Below are positions 18,455-28,409 of a DNA stretch of 64,000 nt, piece after piece; positions within the stretch are counted from its first letter, which is position 1, and each line of letters begins with the position of its first letter. The notes beneath the pieces were generated by a model. It did not search any database. It saw only the letters and a program-made list of their open reading frames with translations, and was not told the DNA's origin. This stretch comes from an uncultured Verrucomicrobiae bacterium. GTDB lineage: Bacteria > Verrucomicrobiota > Verrucomicrobiia > Chthoniobacterales > JAFAMB01. A program made the position numbers and the translations under genes. Where the stretch lies: the NCBI GenBank assembly GCA_963762565.1, contig CAVXLD010000012.1:192001-256000 (forward strand), given 5' to 3'.

Positions 18455-19789
18455 CTATTGCGCTAACTTCTTTTTGCCGTCGTAGTAGCCGGCTTTCGAA
18501 AGCACGTCTTCGACTCGTTTTCCGATTTCTTCCGAGCCTTGCTTAACCGAGACACTTCCGGTCATCATGTTGGTGCCGACTTCCGCGACGATTTCGGAAA
18601 GCTGAGGCCATTCGGCAAATCGCGGGCGGAATTCGGGAACACCCTGTTGCCAGGATTCAACCATCGGCGAGACGAAAGGATACTTCTTAACCAGCTCAGG
18701 ATCCTTATAGACCGATTGGCGGGCCGGGATTCCACCATTCTCAAAGTATTCTTTGGCGGTTTCCTTGGAAGTTGCCCACTGAATAAAAAGCCAGGAAGCG
18801 GCCTTTTGATTATCGTTGGCTTGCTTGGCGACAGCTAAGCAAAAACCTCCCAGAGCGGGTTTGCGTCCCGCCGGTCCTTTTGGCTCGGGTGCAACGCCTA
18901 GGTCGTTAACGATCTTGGACGACTTCGGATCGACCAACGTGGAATAGAACGCTGACCACTCGGTGATCATCGCCACCTGACCTTGGGCTAGCGCATTCAC
19001 GGCTTCGATGTGGTCGAAATCCACGATCCCGGGCGGCATGTATTTGATCAGATCCTGCCGAAAGTTAAGACCTGCCTGCGATTCAGGGCTCAGCAGGTTT
19101 GATTTGAACTTGGCGTCTAACAACGAGCCGCCCCACGGCCAAATGAACCGCATAAAACTGTCACAGGATTGGGTTTCTCCGCGTCTAGACTGAAGGGCGT
19201 AACCGTATTTGCCGTTTTTGGTGAGCTTGGCGGCGTATGCCTTGAGCTCATCCCAGGTTCCCGGTGGTTTATCGAATCCGGCGTCCTTCAGCATTTTCTT
19301 GTTGTAGTAAAGAAGACCCGAGTAGTTATCGAAGGGTGGTCCGTAAACAACACCGTTCCAAGAGCCGAAAGCGTTCAGCAGGAGCGGGAAGAAGTCGGAC
19401 ATGTCATAGTTAGGATCGAAGATATTTGGGAACTGCTTCTTCAGATCATCGATCGGAACGATGTAGTCCGAATCGGCGAAGGTGCCGATCCACACTAAGT
19501 CGACCAAGGCAATGGTGAGATCACCGTTGGATGAGAAGTCGCGGACCTCTTTTTCCAGGGTACTCTCATACGGTACGATCTCGTAGTTTACCTTAATGCC
19601 GGTTTTTTGTTCGAAATCGGGAAGCATTTTCTCGATCGCTCGATAACCAGGCCGGTCGAGAAATATCACCGAGATTTGGGTTCCTTTATAAGGCTTTGCA
19701 GCCTCTTCCAGGCTCCAAGCACCGGCGACACCGGCGCTGAGCGCGAAACAGGTCGCACCAAGCACCAATTGACGGATGAATCTTATCAT
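18455..19789 (-). CDS. Carbohydrate/polyol ABC transporter substrate-binding protein
   Basis: Signal peptide; FEQKTGIKV, LLYYNK, PPGTWDEL, PALGG; family-1 SBP. Confidence 0.93.
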   Translation of the reverse strand: MIRFIRQLVLGATCFALSAGVAGAWSLEEAAKPYKGTQISVIFLDRPGYRAIEKMLPDFEQKTGIKVNYEIVPYESTLEKEVRDFSSNGDLTIALVDLVWIGTFADSDYIVPIDDLKKQFPNIFDPNYDMSDFFPLLLNAFGSWNGVVYGPPFDNYSGLLYYNKKMLKDAGFDKPPGTWDELKAYAAKLTKNGKYGYALQSRRGETQSCDSFMRFIWPWGGSLLDAKFKSNLLSPESQAGLNFRQDLIKYMPPGIVDFDHIEAVNALAQGQVAMITEWSAFYSTLVDPKSSKIVNDLGVAPEPKGPAGRKPALGGFCLAVAKQANDNQKAASWLFIQWATSKETAKEYFENGGIPARQSVYKDPELVKKYPFVSPMVESWQQGVPEFRPRFAEWPQLSEIVAEVGTNMMTGSVSVKQGSEEIGKRVEDVLSKAGYYDGKKKLAQ

Positions 19790-19977
19790 ATGGGTGGGAG
19801 AAGGGATTTAAGATGAACGTTTCCGGGAGTCCGTTTTTCAAAAAAACGGAAAGTCCGAAATGGGATTTCAAGACTTCAAGGGACGATGGTCCGCTGCCGC
19901 CTTCCGCCTTGGCTAAAGCTATGGCGGACAAATCGTCCCTCGTTCCCGAACGGTGGCGGACAAGATGCCGCGCTGGG

Positions 19978-21072
19978 CTAGCGCCGCTTCGTGGTTGATT
20001 TGGTTTGGGAGACCGGTTTAGATTTTTTTGGCAGGCGAGCATCGATCGCTCGACCATCTACACCTCCTTTCTCTAAGGGGGCGGTTGACCCGCGAATTTT
20101 GAGGCTTGGAGCCAGAATCACATTTTTTTTCTCTGGCCCGGTCGCAGCTTCGGCCTGCACCAGGTTGACCAGAAGCTCGACGGCTTTGGCGCCGATCTCT
20201 CGGTAAGGCTGAGCGATCGTGGTGAGCGGCGGAACCAGAAAACGGCTGATCGCGATATCGTCGAAACCCATGATCGAAATGTCGCGCGGGATACTAAACC
20301 CGGATTCAACCAGCTTCCGCCAGGCGCCGATGGCTACGATGTCGTTTGTGGCGAATATCGCAGTCGGCCGCGGTTCCAGCTGCAAGAGATCTGTAATCCG
20401 AAGCCCGAGTTGTAAGTCCTGACGTCCTTTGGCTATGTACGCTTCCGGGACTTCGAGCCCGAACCGCTGCAATTCCTGCTGAAAACCTTTGATCCGTTCG
20501 ACCACATTCTGGACACTCGGCTCGCCGCACAACACCCCGATTACTCGATGACCTAATGTGGCCAGATGGCGCGCAGCCAATCTGCCGCCAAGAAAATTAT
20601 CGGTGCAAATCGAGTACTGATCGGGAACGCGACGGTCAACGAACACGATTGGCACCGAAATGTCTTTCAAAGTTTCGGCTACCCGGCTTTTTTGTGAGCA
20701 ATAGACAAGCAGAATCCCATCGACTTGGCGGCTGACAAGGTGAGCGACCTGGGATAATTCCCTTTCCGGGCTGCGTTCCGAGATACAAAGCAAGGTTTGG
20801 AACCCGCGTTCCCACAACTTGTTCTCCATGACTGCCGCGATCTCACCGAAGAAGGGGGACGTGATGTTAGGAATCACCACCCCGATAGAATTGGTCTTTC
20901 GCAACCGTAAGCTGCGGGCGCCCAGGTTGACCCGATAATTTAGCGCAGCAATTGCTTGTTCGACACTCTCGGCGGTCGCCGCAGAGAGTGTCGCCGTTTG
21001 GTTGAGATAATGCGAGACGGTACTAGGGGCGACGCCGGCAAGTTTAGCGACACTCCTAATAGTGGGTTTCAT
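19978..21072 (-). CDS. LacI-family transcriptional regulator
   Basis: N-terminal HTH TIRSVAKLAGVAPSTVSHYLN, hinge ARSL, FATND, GFDDI, PPLTTIAQP. Confidence 0.95.
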   Translation of the reverse strand: MKPTIRSVAKLAGVAPSTVSHYLNQTATLSAATAESVEQAIAALNYRVNLGARSLRLRKTNSIGVVIPNITSPFFGEIAAVMENKLWERGFQTLLCISERSPERELSQVAHLVSRQVDGILLVYCSQKSRVAETLKDISVPIVFVDRRVPDQYSICTDNFLGGRLAARHLATLGHRVIGVLCGEPSVQNVVERIKGFQQELQRFGLEVPEAYIAKGRQDLQLGLRITDLLQLEPRPTAIFATNDIVAIGAWRKLVESGFSIPRDISIMGFDDIAISRFLVPPLTTIAQPYREIGAKAVELLVNLVQAEAATGPEKKNVILAPSLKIRGSTAPLEKGGVDGRAIDARLPKKSKPVSQTKSTTKRR

Positions 21073-21105
21073 ACTGGGGGGAAGGAGGGTGACGACCTAA
21101 GAGTG

Positions 21106-21119
21106 TTGAATCGATTCAA
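21106..21119. promoter_or_regulatory. Perfect palindrome TTGAATCGATTCAA, likely LacI-family operator
   Basis: 14-bp palindrome with central CG, 34 nt upstream of the LacI start. Confidence 0.65.
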
Positions 21120-21149
21120 TCAGACTCGACAGAAGTGGGCCGGGTGAAA

Positions 21150-21281
21150 CGAATTTTCATGTCCGAGGGGGGGTTGGAGTGAACGAGGCCACTGCACAAT
21201 TATGCAGGAGTTGATACGTATGCATAGTGGTAAAAAGGTCAAATGCAAGCCTTTTTGAAACGATTTCATGGAACGCTCTAG
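21150..21281 (-). promoter_or_regulatory. Upstream regulatory block of the lacI-SBP-permease operon; copy 2 of the inverted duplication
   Basis: Reverse complement aligns with 3334-3466. Confidence 0.7.
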
Positions 21282-21354
21282 TTCCAGTTGTTTTATGGGC
21301 GAAGCCGTGGAGCGCCACCTCGCTTGCGAGGCCGTCGCGAACAGGGCGATATCA

Positions 21355-23289
21355 CTAGTCCTTCAGCTTGGCCTGGCCAACCGCGGTCGCGCTCTTTAAC
21401 CGATGAAAGGATTCGACGGCTTCGTACTCGGCCAGTCCGAGGCGGTCGTACTGTTTTGCTGTCGCTCGATTGATCTGTTCCGCTTGTTGCCAGTCTTCAC
21501 CTGCTTGCGTCTCCGTAAAAGGAGTTTGGCTGCGTTGTGAGCGGTGATGGTAAAGGCAATCTAGTTTGATCGCGAGCTCGGCTGGACTGAGTGGCACGGC
21601 CATATCAATCTCATGTGGCGGCCAAGGACGTTCATTCGAGGCGTAAAGCCAGATCTGGCAACTCGACAGCCAAGGTTCATCGCGGCAGATCTCTAGAGCG
21701 GCCGAGACCAATTGAAATGTTATCCCGGTGACACTGCTAGGATCGGCGCCGGCGCCGGTTAAATAAATCTGGTGCGGTTTGCGTGAGCGAATTAAAGCCG
21801 TGACCAATTCTACGTCTGCCGAATCCCAACGAAATTGGCGGTACCTGCCTTGTTCGTAAAAGGGTAAGTCAAGGAAACTGACGTGATCCAAGGGTAGCGC
21901 AAGAATTTGGCAAGAGGCGCGAGCTTCGGCTCTGCGAATCAATCCTTTGAACTGCCGGAGGTCTCTGCTGTCCTCGTCAAAAGGTGCTTTGCTGTCGGTT
22001 TCTTTGGCCAACTTATCCAGTTGGATTCGAGAACCGGAGCCGGAGACCGCGAGCTCATGTAAAAGACTGAACGCCATCCTGGCTTCCGCGTCCGGTACAC
22101 TGAGATTACCGGAAGTCATGTAGGCCAAGGTGACTTCATGACGTTGGTTAACTAACCGATGAATGGTTCCAGCCATCCCAATCTCGGCGTCTAACGGTTC
22201 TGGACTCAGTATCAGCACCCGTTTGAACGACGGTTCGGCTGGGACCGGACGATTGGTATCATCCGCGTTGGGCTTTCCTCCCGGCCAGCCTGTGATGGTG
22301 TGTTGGAGCTCGTTAAAGATTCTAATGTTGAGGCTGTAAGCGGAACCTGTCTCTACCAACAGCGGCGCCAGCGCATTCTCAGTGTAGTCCTCGTCCTGGA
22401 GCCGTAAGACCGGCTTTTGCCGGTTCTCGGCTAACCAGCTAACAGCTTTTCGAGTTAGCTGCCGGCCCCAACTGACCGGGCCTACCTTCCAAGGTGTCCG
22501 GAACCGAGTGAGGTCATTCGCTGCTGCCTGGTCGATATAAGCCGCGCAATCCGGATGATGTTGCAGAAAACTGGCGGGGACGCTGTCGGTCTCCGGTCCT
22601 TCAATTGCGGCGCGGAGGATCGACGCCTTGGATTCACCCCAAGCGATTAGTCGAATCTGGCGCGCTTGGAGAATCGTCCCGATTCCCATGGTAATCGCGT
22701 AGGCGGGGACATTTGCTTCTCCACGAAAATCACGGGCCGCATCTCGCCGCGTCAATCGATCGAGCGCGACCATTCTGGTCCGCGAGTCCCGGGTCGAACC
22801 CGGTTCGTTAAATCCAATGTGTCCGGTGCGGCCAATGCCCACGATCTGGATGTCGATTCCACCGGCCTGCGTGATCTGGGCTTCGTAGCGCGCACAATAT
22901 TCGAAAACTTTATCTCGTTCCACTAATCCATCCGGTACGTGGACCTGGTCAGCAGGTAGGTCGACGTGCCGAAAGAGTTGAACCTCCATGAAATGGCGAT
23001 AGCTCTCCGGGTGGGTCGGGGCGAGACCGTAGTATTCGTCGAGGTTAAACGTAATAACGTTCTTGAAGGAGAGCCCCTCTTCCCGATGTAGCCGGATCAG
23101 CTCTTGATACAGTTTTACTGGGGTTGAGCCGGTAGCTAGCCCCAAAACCGCTGGTTGATTCTTCGTTTGGCGTTGCCGAAGAAAATCGGCGATGCCGGCG
23201 GCCAACTCACGGACTGCCGTTTGGGAGTCTGCGAATACCTTCGTTCGGAGCTTCTCGAATTGTTCAGCTTCAATTGCGAGGCTAGGCAT
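21355..23289 (-). CDS. nagB: Glucosamine-6-phosphate deaminase, long form fused to a PIG-L/LmbE-like domain
   Basis: VLGLATGSTP, TFNLDEY, GIGRTGHIGFNEPGS, AITMGIGTI; linker LQHTITGWPGGKP typical of long NagB. Confidence 0.92.
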   Translation of the reverse strand: MPSLAIEAEQFEKLRTKVFADSQTAVRELAAGIADFLRQRQTKNQPAVLGLATGSTPVKLYQELIRLHREEGLSFKNVITFNLDEYYGLAPTHPESYRHFMEVQLFRHVDLPADQVHVPDGLVERDKVFEYCARYEAQITQAGGIDIQIVGIGRTGHIGFNEPGSTRDSRTRMVALDRLTRRDAARDFRGEANVPAYAITMGIGTILQARQIRLIAWGESKASILRAAIEGPETDSVPASFLQHHPDCAAYIDQAAANDLTRFRTPWKVGPVSWGRQLTRKAVSWLAENRQKPVLRLQDEDYTENALAPLLVETGSAYSLNIRIFNELQHTITGWPGGKPNADDTNRPVPAEPSFKRVLILSPEPLDAEIGMAGTIHRLVNQRHEVTLAYMTSGNLSVPDAEARMAFSLLHELAVSGSGSRIQLDKLAKETDSKAPFDEDSRDLRQFKGLIRRAEARASCQILALPLDHVSFLDLPFYEQGRYRQFRWDSADVELVTALIRSRKPHQIYLTGAGADPSSVTGITFQLVSAALEICRDEPWLSSCQIWLYASNERPWPPHEIDMAVPLSPAELAIKLDCLYHHRSQRSQTPFTETQAGEDWQQAEQINRATAKQYDRLGLAEYEAVESFHRLKSATAVGQAKLKD

Positions 23290-23387
23290 GGGGAAACTCT
23301 AATCTGGACCCGGGTGTTAACGGCGGCAACGGCGATAGGTTCAGCTTAGCTGTTCACCTTGCGAAAATTCTGCGACCAAACCGGAGC

Positions 23388-23417
23388 CCGCCTCCGCCAA
23401 GCCTACGGCGCGGCAGG
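23388..23417 (+). repeat. Short REP-like repeat CCGCCTCCGCCAAGCCTACGGCGCGGCAGG
   Basis: Related copies at 42744-42772 (minus) and, tandemly, at 48855-48913. Confidence 0.7.
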
Positions 23418-23450
23418 CCCTCACCCCACCAAGTTTGCGCTCGCGCTTGT

Positions 23451-24263
23451 TCATAGGGTGGTCAGCTTCATCCGCCGTTCTATATATTCAGGCTCGAGCT
23501 TGTCGAATGCGTCCAGGAAGCGAACTCTGAAACTGCCAGGTCCCTCGGTTCGGGAATGGTCGGCTGCGATTTCACCTGCCAAATCCATCACGACCATTGC
23601 CGAGACTGCGGCCGAGATCGGAGGAGAGCTTACCGGTAGAAAAGCAGCAATTACGGCCGTTGCGACACATCCGGAGCCCGTTGTTCGAGCCATTAATGGA
23701 TGCCCGTTCTCGATCGCGATGACGGTGGTTCCGTCAGACACATAATCAGTTGCACCGCTGGCCACGACGATGGTCCCGGTTTGCTTAGCCAGTTGGCGAA
23801 CCACGCCAGGAGCTTGCTCCAGGTTTCCGACTGCATCGACCCCCCGCGCAACCGAGGAAAGACCGGCAAGGGCCGCGATTTCCGCTTGATTCCCCCGAAT
23901 GACGGTCGGGGTGGCGATGGTCATTAGCCGGTCCACCAGTTTCCGTCTCATCTGGGTGGCGCCGACCGCTACCGGGTCCAGAGCAATCGGAATCCCTTTG
24001 GCCTTTGCGGCCGCGGCAGCTAAGGCCATCGCTTCGGCGCTTCGCGGAGTCGGTGTGCCGATGTTCAAGTTTAGCGCGCCCACGATTCCTACCAGCTCGC
24101 CGATCTCTTCGAATGCGTCCGACATAATCGGAGAGGCTCCCAAAGCAAGCAGCGCGTTCGCGGTGAAGTCCCGGACCACGGAATTGGTCAAAGAAAGCAC
24201 CAAAGGAGTCATCTCCCGCAGCGTTCGAAAATCGACCCAGATACGATCGGCGGAAATGTCCAT
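23451..24263 (-). CDS. thiM: Hydroxyethylthiazole kinase
   Basis: PLV.SLTNSVV.DFTANALLALGASPIM, LNIGT, LDPVAVGAT, IRGN, TGSGC, GPGSF. Confidence 0.93.
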   Translation of the reverse strand: MDISADRIWVDFRTLREMTPLVLSLTNSVVRDFTANALLALGASPIMSDAFEEIGELVGIVGALNLNIGTPTPRSAEAMALAAAAAKAKGIPIALDPVAVGATQMRRKLVDRLMTIATPTVIRGNQAEIAALAGLSSVARGVDAVGNLEQAPGVVRQLAKQTGTIVVASGATDYVSDGTTVIAIENGHPLMARTTGSGCVATAVIAAFLPVSSPPISAAVSAMVVMDLAGEIAADHSRTEGPGSFRVRFLDAFDKLEPEYIERRMKLTTL

Positions 24264-24277
24264 GCTCAGTGCGCTTG

Positions 24278-24344
24278 GTTCTCGTCCTCGTCCTCGAACC
24301 CGGCGCGTGGAGTGATGGAGTACTGGAGTATTGGAGCACTGCGC
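24278..24344 (+). repeat. Empty (un-nested) form of the composite repeat at 8941 and 54378
   Basis: TCTCGTCCTCG|TCCTCGAA-CCGG-GCG-GGAGTGAT-GGAGTACTG matches the two outer arms of 8941-9110. Confidence 0.65.
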
Positions 24345-24472
24345 TCTGGCGGTATTGCATCTGCCTTGGCAGATTTGGAAACCGTCAGGGCAACGGGCGG
24401 GAGCAAGCGAGAGTTACCGGGGGGGCTTTTTTCCCGCTCGTTGTGAGCGTTGTCCGATGCTCGTTACACCGT

Positions 24473-24853
24473 TTATTTGGCGTGCTGGATTAGTTCGATT
24501 TCGTAACCCTCGGGGGCGTCGACAAAGGCGATCATTCCGCCCGACCCGGTCTTCGTGGGTCCATCGCTGAGGGGGTAGCCTTTAGCGGCGGCATGTTTTG
24601 CGAACGCTTCGAGATCATCAACCTCGAAGGCTAGATGAGTGATGTCGGACCCCACATTTACCGGGCCGCTCTCATCAAATTTGCAAAGCTCAATTTCTTC
24701 CTCGCTGCCGGGTGTTTGCAGGAACACCAATTGTGAACCGCGCGGGGATGTGTGCCGGCGTACTTCCTTCAGCCCAAGGACATCCTTGTAAAACGAAACC
24801 GTCTTTTCCAGGTCGGAAACGCGATAACGGGTATGGAGAAGCTTCTTAACCAT
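24473..24853 (-). CDS. gloA: Lactoylglutathione lyase / VOC family
   Basis: LLHTRYRVSDLEKTVSFY, EIEL, HLAFEVDD, AFVDAPEGYEIELI. Confidence 0.8.
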   Translation of the reverse strand: MVKKLLHTRYRVSDLEKTVSFYKDVLGLKEVRRHTSPRGSQLVFLQTPGSEEEIELCKFDESGPVNVGSDITHLAFEVDDLEAFAKHAAAKGYPLSDGPTKTGSGGMIAFVDAPEGYEIELIQHAK

Positions 24854-24966
24854 AGATTTTCCGAAGCCTGCCACAGACCGGGCGTTTCAGCTACAAAACG
24901 GTGATAATTTCACGCGAGCTGAGAGTGTACGATTAGGGCTATCTGTGGCAGGCTTCGGAAATCTCT

Positions 24967-26466
24967 ATGGTTTACATCGGCATCGATAGTGGAACGCAGA
25001 GCACGAAATCGATCGTGGTTGACGCAGAGAGCGGCGAAATCCTGGCTTCCGCTCAACAGAAGTACGACCTCATTCCGAATCTCCCTCCAGGTCATATGGA
25101 GCAGGATCCCCAGGAATGGCTCGACGCAACGGACGCCACTATCCAGGACTGCATTAAAAAAATTGGGAGCCGCGCAGACGAGATAGAGGCGATCGGCGTT
25201 AGTGGGCAGCAACACGGATTAGTTGTCCTTAATGCTTCTAACGAGGTAATCCGCGCCGCGAAGCTCTGGTGCGATACCTCTACCGCCGACCAGTGTCAGG
25301 AAATCATCGATGAGTTCAGTGGCGACGCTTCACTGATTAAGCTTCTCGGAAATACAATGTTACCGGGCTGGACTGCCCCGAAGATTCTCTGGCTTAAGCA
25401 ACACGAACCGGAGAATTACGAGTCTGTCTCCAGTATCTTACTTCCGCACGATTACATCAATTTCTGGCTGACCGGCGAAAAACGGATGGAGTACGGAGAC
25501 GCGTCGGGTACGGGACTGATGGACGTAAGAACTCGGCGCTGGTGTGAACCGGTTGTGGAATTTATCGATCCGGCATTGGAAGAGAGGTTACCGTCCCTCG
25601 GGTCTTCTCGACAAGCGGTTGGGCTGCTGAGAGAAAATCTCCGGCAGAAATGGGGTCTGAAAAAGTCGCCTGTGGTTTCAGCGGGAGGTGGGGACAACAT
25701 GATGGGCGCAGTTGGCACCGGAAACGTAAAACCGGGGGTAGTCACGGCCAGTCTCGGAACTTCGGGAACCATTTACGCGTTTTCGACTGCTCCTGTGATT
25801 GATTCCCAGGGTGAGGTTGCCGCTTTTTGCGACAGTACGGATAATTGGTTGCCGTTGGTTTGCACCATGAATGTCACGGTGGCTACCGAGCACGTCCGCC
25901 AGCTATTCGGATGGGATATCGCTAAATACAATGAAATCGTCGGAGCTGCGCCGGTTGGCAGCGAAGGGATTGTTTTCCTTCCTTATTTGAATGGGGAACG
26001 CACCCCGAATCTGCCCGCTGGTACCGGAGTCTTTCACGGGCTAACCGCTTCGAATTTTACTCCAGCCAACCTGGCTCGCTCCGCGATGGAGGGTGCGACT
26101 CTTGGTTTGGTTTACGGGCTCAACCGGTTCCGCAGCCTAGGAATTAAGCCTGCCGAGATTCGATTGACGGGCGGTGGCAGCCAAAGTGGAGCATGGAGAC
26201 AAGTCTGTGCAGACGCTTTCCGCGTACCAGTTGTTTGTTTGGCCACAGCGGAAGGAGCCGCCTTGGGCGCTGCGTTGCACAGCGCCTGGGTACATAGTCT
26301 CGTGAACAACAAGTCCAGTAATCTACAAGACCTGGTTTCTCGAGCGGTAAAGATCGATGAGAAATCGCGGGCGCTGCCGAATAAGGAAAACGCAGACCGA
26401 TATGAGGAGTTGTTTGGCCGCTTCAACGGCCTGACCCAACGCTTGGCCACAGGAGGTTACCTGTGA
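24967..26466 (+). CDS. xylB: Xylulokinase (FGGY family)
   Basis: IGIDSGTQSTK, GVSGQQHG, AKLWCD, GDASGTG, GGGDN, SLGTSGT, PYLNGERTP. Confidence 0.9.
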   Translation: MVYIGIDSGTQSTKSIVVDAESGEILASAQQKYDLIPNLPPGHMEQDPQEWLDATDATIQDCIKKIGSRADEIEAIGVSGQQHGLVVLNASNEVIRAAKLWCDTSTADQCQEIIDEFSGDASLIKLLGNTMLPGWTAPKILWLKQHEPENYESVSSILLPHDYINFWLTGEKRMEYGDASGTGLMDVRTRRWCEPVVEFIDPALEERLPSLGSSRQAVGLLRENLRQKWGLKKSPVVSAGGGDNMMGAVGTGNVKPGVVTASLGTSGTIYAFSTAPVIDSQGEVAAFCDSTDNWLPLVCTMNVTVATEHVRQLFGWDIAKYNEIVGAAPVGSEGIVFLPYLNGERTPNLPAGTGVFHGLTASNFTPANLARSAMEGATLGLVYGLNRFRSLGIKPAEIRLTGGGSQSGAWRQVCADAFRVPVVCLATAEGAALGAALHSAWVHSLVNNKSSNLQDLVSRAVKIDEKSRALPNKENADRYEELFGRFNGLTQRLATGGYL

Positions 26467-26596
26467 ACGACTTCACAGTTATCGGTTTGCGGCTAGGGGT
26501 TTGCAGTTTGGCTTTTCCGATAGGTGTTCCCGACGCTCTCGCCTTGTCCGCCGCAGCTAGGATGGCGAAGGACGATCGTTCTGGCTCGTTTCCTTT

Positions 26597-27148
26597 ATGA
26601 ATCTGGTGATAGCGGCCACTGGTGCGAGTGGCATGATCTACTTGCAGCGGCTGCTGGATCAAATCGATTGCCGACAAAACGAGGTCCACCTTGTTCTAAG
26701 CGGCTATGCGAAACAGGTGGTCACCGACGAGATAGGTAAACTGGAGGTGCCGGCTGGTGTACGGGAACATCCTGAACGAAGCATGAATGCGCCGTTTGCC
26801 AGCGGTTCGGCGCTATTTGACGCGATGGTTGTGGTGCCTTGTTCCATGGGCACACTCGGTCGAATCGCTGCGGGCAGCGGTGAGACCTTGATCCTCCGAG
26901 CAGCTGATGTGTTCTTAAAAGAGAGACGAAAACTTATCTTAGTTCCTAGAGAGATGCCTTGGAACCTGATTCATGCCAGAAACTGCTGTACCCTGTTGGA
27001 AGCAGGAGCGGTCCTGCTTCCAGCCTGCCCGGCCTTTTACGGCCGGCCCGAAACCTTAGCGCAGGTCGCGGACACAGTAGTGCATCGGATTATGGACCAA
27101 TTAGGTTTGTCTGTACCGAACACCTATCGTTGGCCCGCGGACCCGTAG
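26597..27148 (+). CDS. ubiX: Flavin prenyltransferase
   Basis: ATGASG, ASGS, PCSMGTL, RAADVFLKERRKLILVPREMP, PAFY. Confidence 0.93.
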   Translation: MNLVIAATGASGMIYLQRLLDQIDCRQNEVHLVLSGYAKQVVTDEIGKLEVPAGVREHPERSMNAPFASGSALFDAMVVVPCSMGTLGRIAAGSGETLILRAADVFLKERRKLILVPREMPWNLIHARNCCTLLEAGAVLLPACPAFYGRPETLAQVADTVVHRIMDQLGLSVPNTYRWPADP

Positions 27149-27265
27149 GCGCTGCTTTAAGGTTTTGTGGTTACAAGGGCCGCTGAGCATGGCCACCGAT
27201 TAGATTTTCCCGGACCGTTCTTGCTACGGTTGACTGGCTAAAGGTCCTGTAGAACGGTTGGCAAC

Positions 27266-28327
27266 TTGAGCGCGCGCAGTGATTGTTGTGACCCCGTCGA
27301 TTTGCATGTCCATCTCATCGGCAACGGTCTGAGAGGTTCGGGGTGCCGCGTGCAGCACGTCTGGTGGCAAGAACCGTTCGTGCTGACTATGTCTCACAGT
27401 ATCGGGCTAGCCGTGGATCCTCGAAGTCCCGATCTCGATGAGGCTTATGTGCAGCGGCTTCGTGCGTGGCTCGATCAGTCGTCGTTGGCGGCCGTCGTAT
27501 TGCTTGCCTGCGACGAGGTCTACCAAGAGGATGGTACACCGCTCCCAGATCTTTCTCGTATCTATGTGCCGAATCAATACGTCTTCGAGATCGCCCGCCG
27601 GGACGCTAGGTTTCTTCCGGCGATATCAGTGCATCCTGCTCGAAAAGATGCGATCGAAGCTCTGGAGGCCGGAGTAGAGGCGGGTGCAGTTCTCTTGAAA
27701 TTGTTGCCGTGCGTTCAGGTCGTTGATCCCGGGCTGGCACGCTATCGTCCTTTTTGGAAAAGGATGGCAGACCTTCAGTTGCCTTTATTAGCTCATACCG
27801 GCGGCGAATTTTCGTTGCCGACACTTCGTCCGGACCTGTGTGACCCGCTTAGCCTTCGGCCGGTCTTGGAACAAGGGGTTACGGTCATCGCTGCACATTG
27901 CGGAGCGCCGGCTTTGCCGTGGCATCGTGATTTCTCCGGAGATTTTATGGAACTCAGGGATGCGTTTCCAAATTTGTACGGAGATATCTCGGCTCTTTGC
28001 CAACCCGTTCATTTTAAAACCCTTACGAGGGTGCGAGAGGATCCTGAACGAATCCTATACGGGAGCGATTACCCGGTCGTGCCTTCAGTTTTCTGGTCGC
28101 GCGCTTTTGGCTGGATTTCATCGCAAGATGCGCAAAGGATTTGGAAAATCCGCAACCCCCTCGAACGGAAAATCGAGCTTACCCGGGTGCTTGGTTTCCC
28201 TGACACGATCTTTTCTGGGGTGTACGATGTGCTTCGCCAGACACCTGCGCTAGCCAAAGTTCGGGCTGGGGCAGGCACAGCCCGGCCGCAGCGCACATTG
28301 CGCCGCAGCCCTGGCTCTGGTGTTTAA
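27266..28327 (+). CDS. Amidohydrolase-2 family metallo-dependent hydrolase
   Basis: DLHVH, SVHP, LLAHTG, IAAHCG, YGDISA, LYGSDYP. Confidence 0.85.
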   Translation: MSARSDCCDPVDLHVHLIGNGLRGSGCRVQHVWWQEPFVLTMSHSIGLAVDPRSPDLDEAYVQRLRAWLDQSSLAAVVLLACDEVYQEDGTPLPDLSRIYVPNQYVFEIARRDARFLPAISVHPARKDAIEALEAGVEAGAVLLKLLPCVQVVDPGLARYRPFWKRMADLQLPLLAHTGGEFSLPTLRPDLCDPLSLRPVLEQGVTVIAAHCGAPALPWHRDFSGDFMELRDAFPNLYGDISALCQPVHFKTLTRVREDPERILYGSDYPVVPSVFWSRAFGWISSQDAQRIWKIRNPLERKIELTRVLGFPDTIFSGVYDVLRQTPALAKVRAGAGTARPQRTLRRSPGSGV

Positions 28328-28381
28328 CGGATCCAGTTCAGGAGCGAAATCGCGGTGCCTCGAAATAATCTAAAATTCCGT

Positions 28382-28409
28382 TTGCGTCGCCGGTTAAGGC
28401 TGCTAATTT
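28382..28409 (+). promoter_or_regulatory. Putative rrn P1 promoter (TTGCGT-N16-TAATTT, extended -10)
   Basis: Sigma70-like hexamers upstream of the rRNA operon. Confidence 0.45.

Noticed and set aside
24264..24472. TPP riboswitch upstream of thiM
   Set aside because: No CTGAGA / CCTGA..TAAT..GCG.AGG core on the minus strand; the space is occupied by a dispersed repeat
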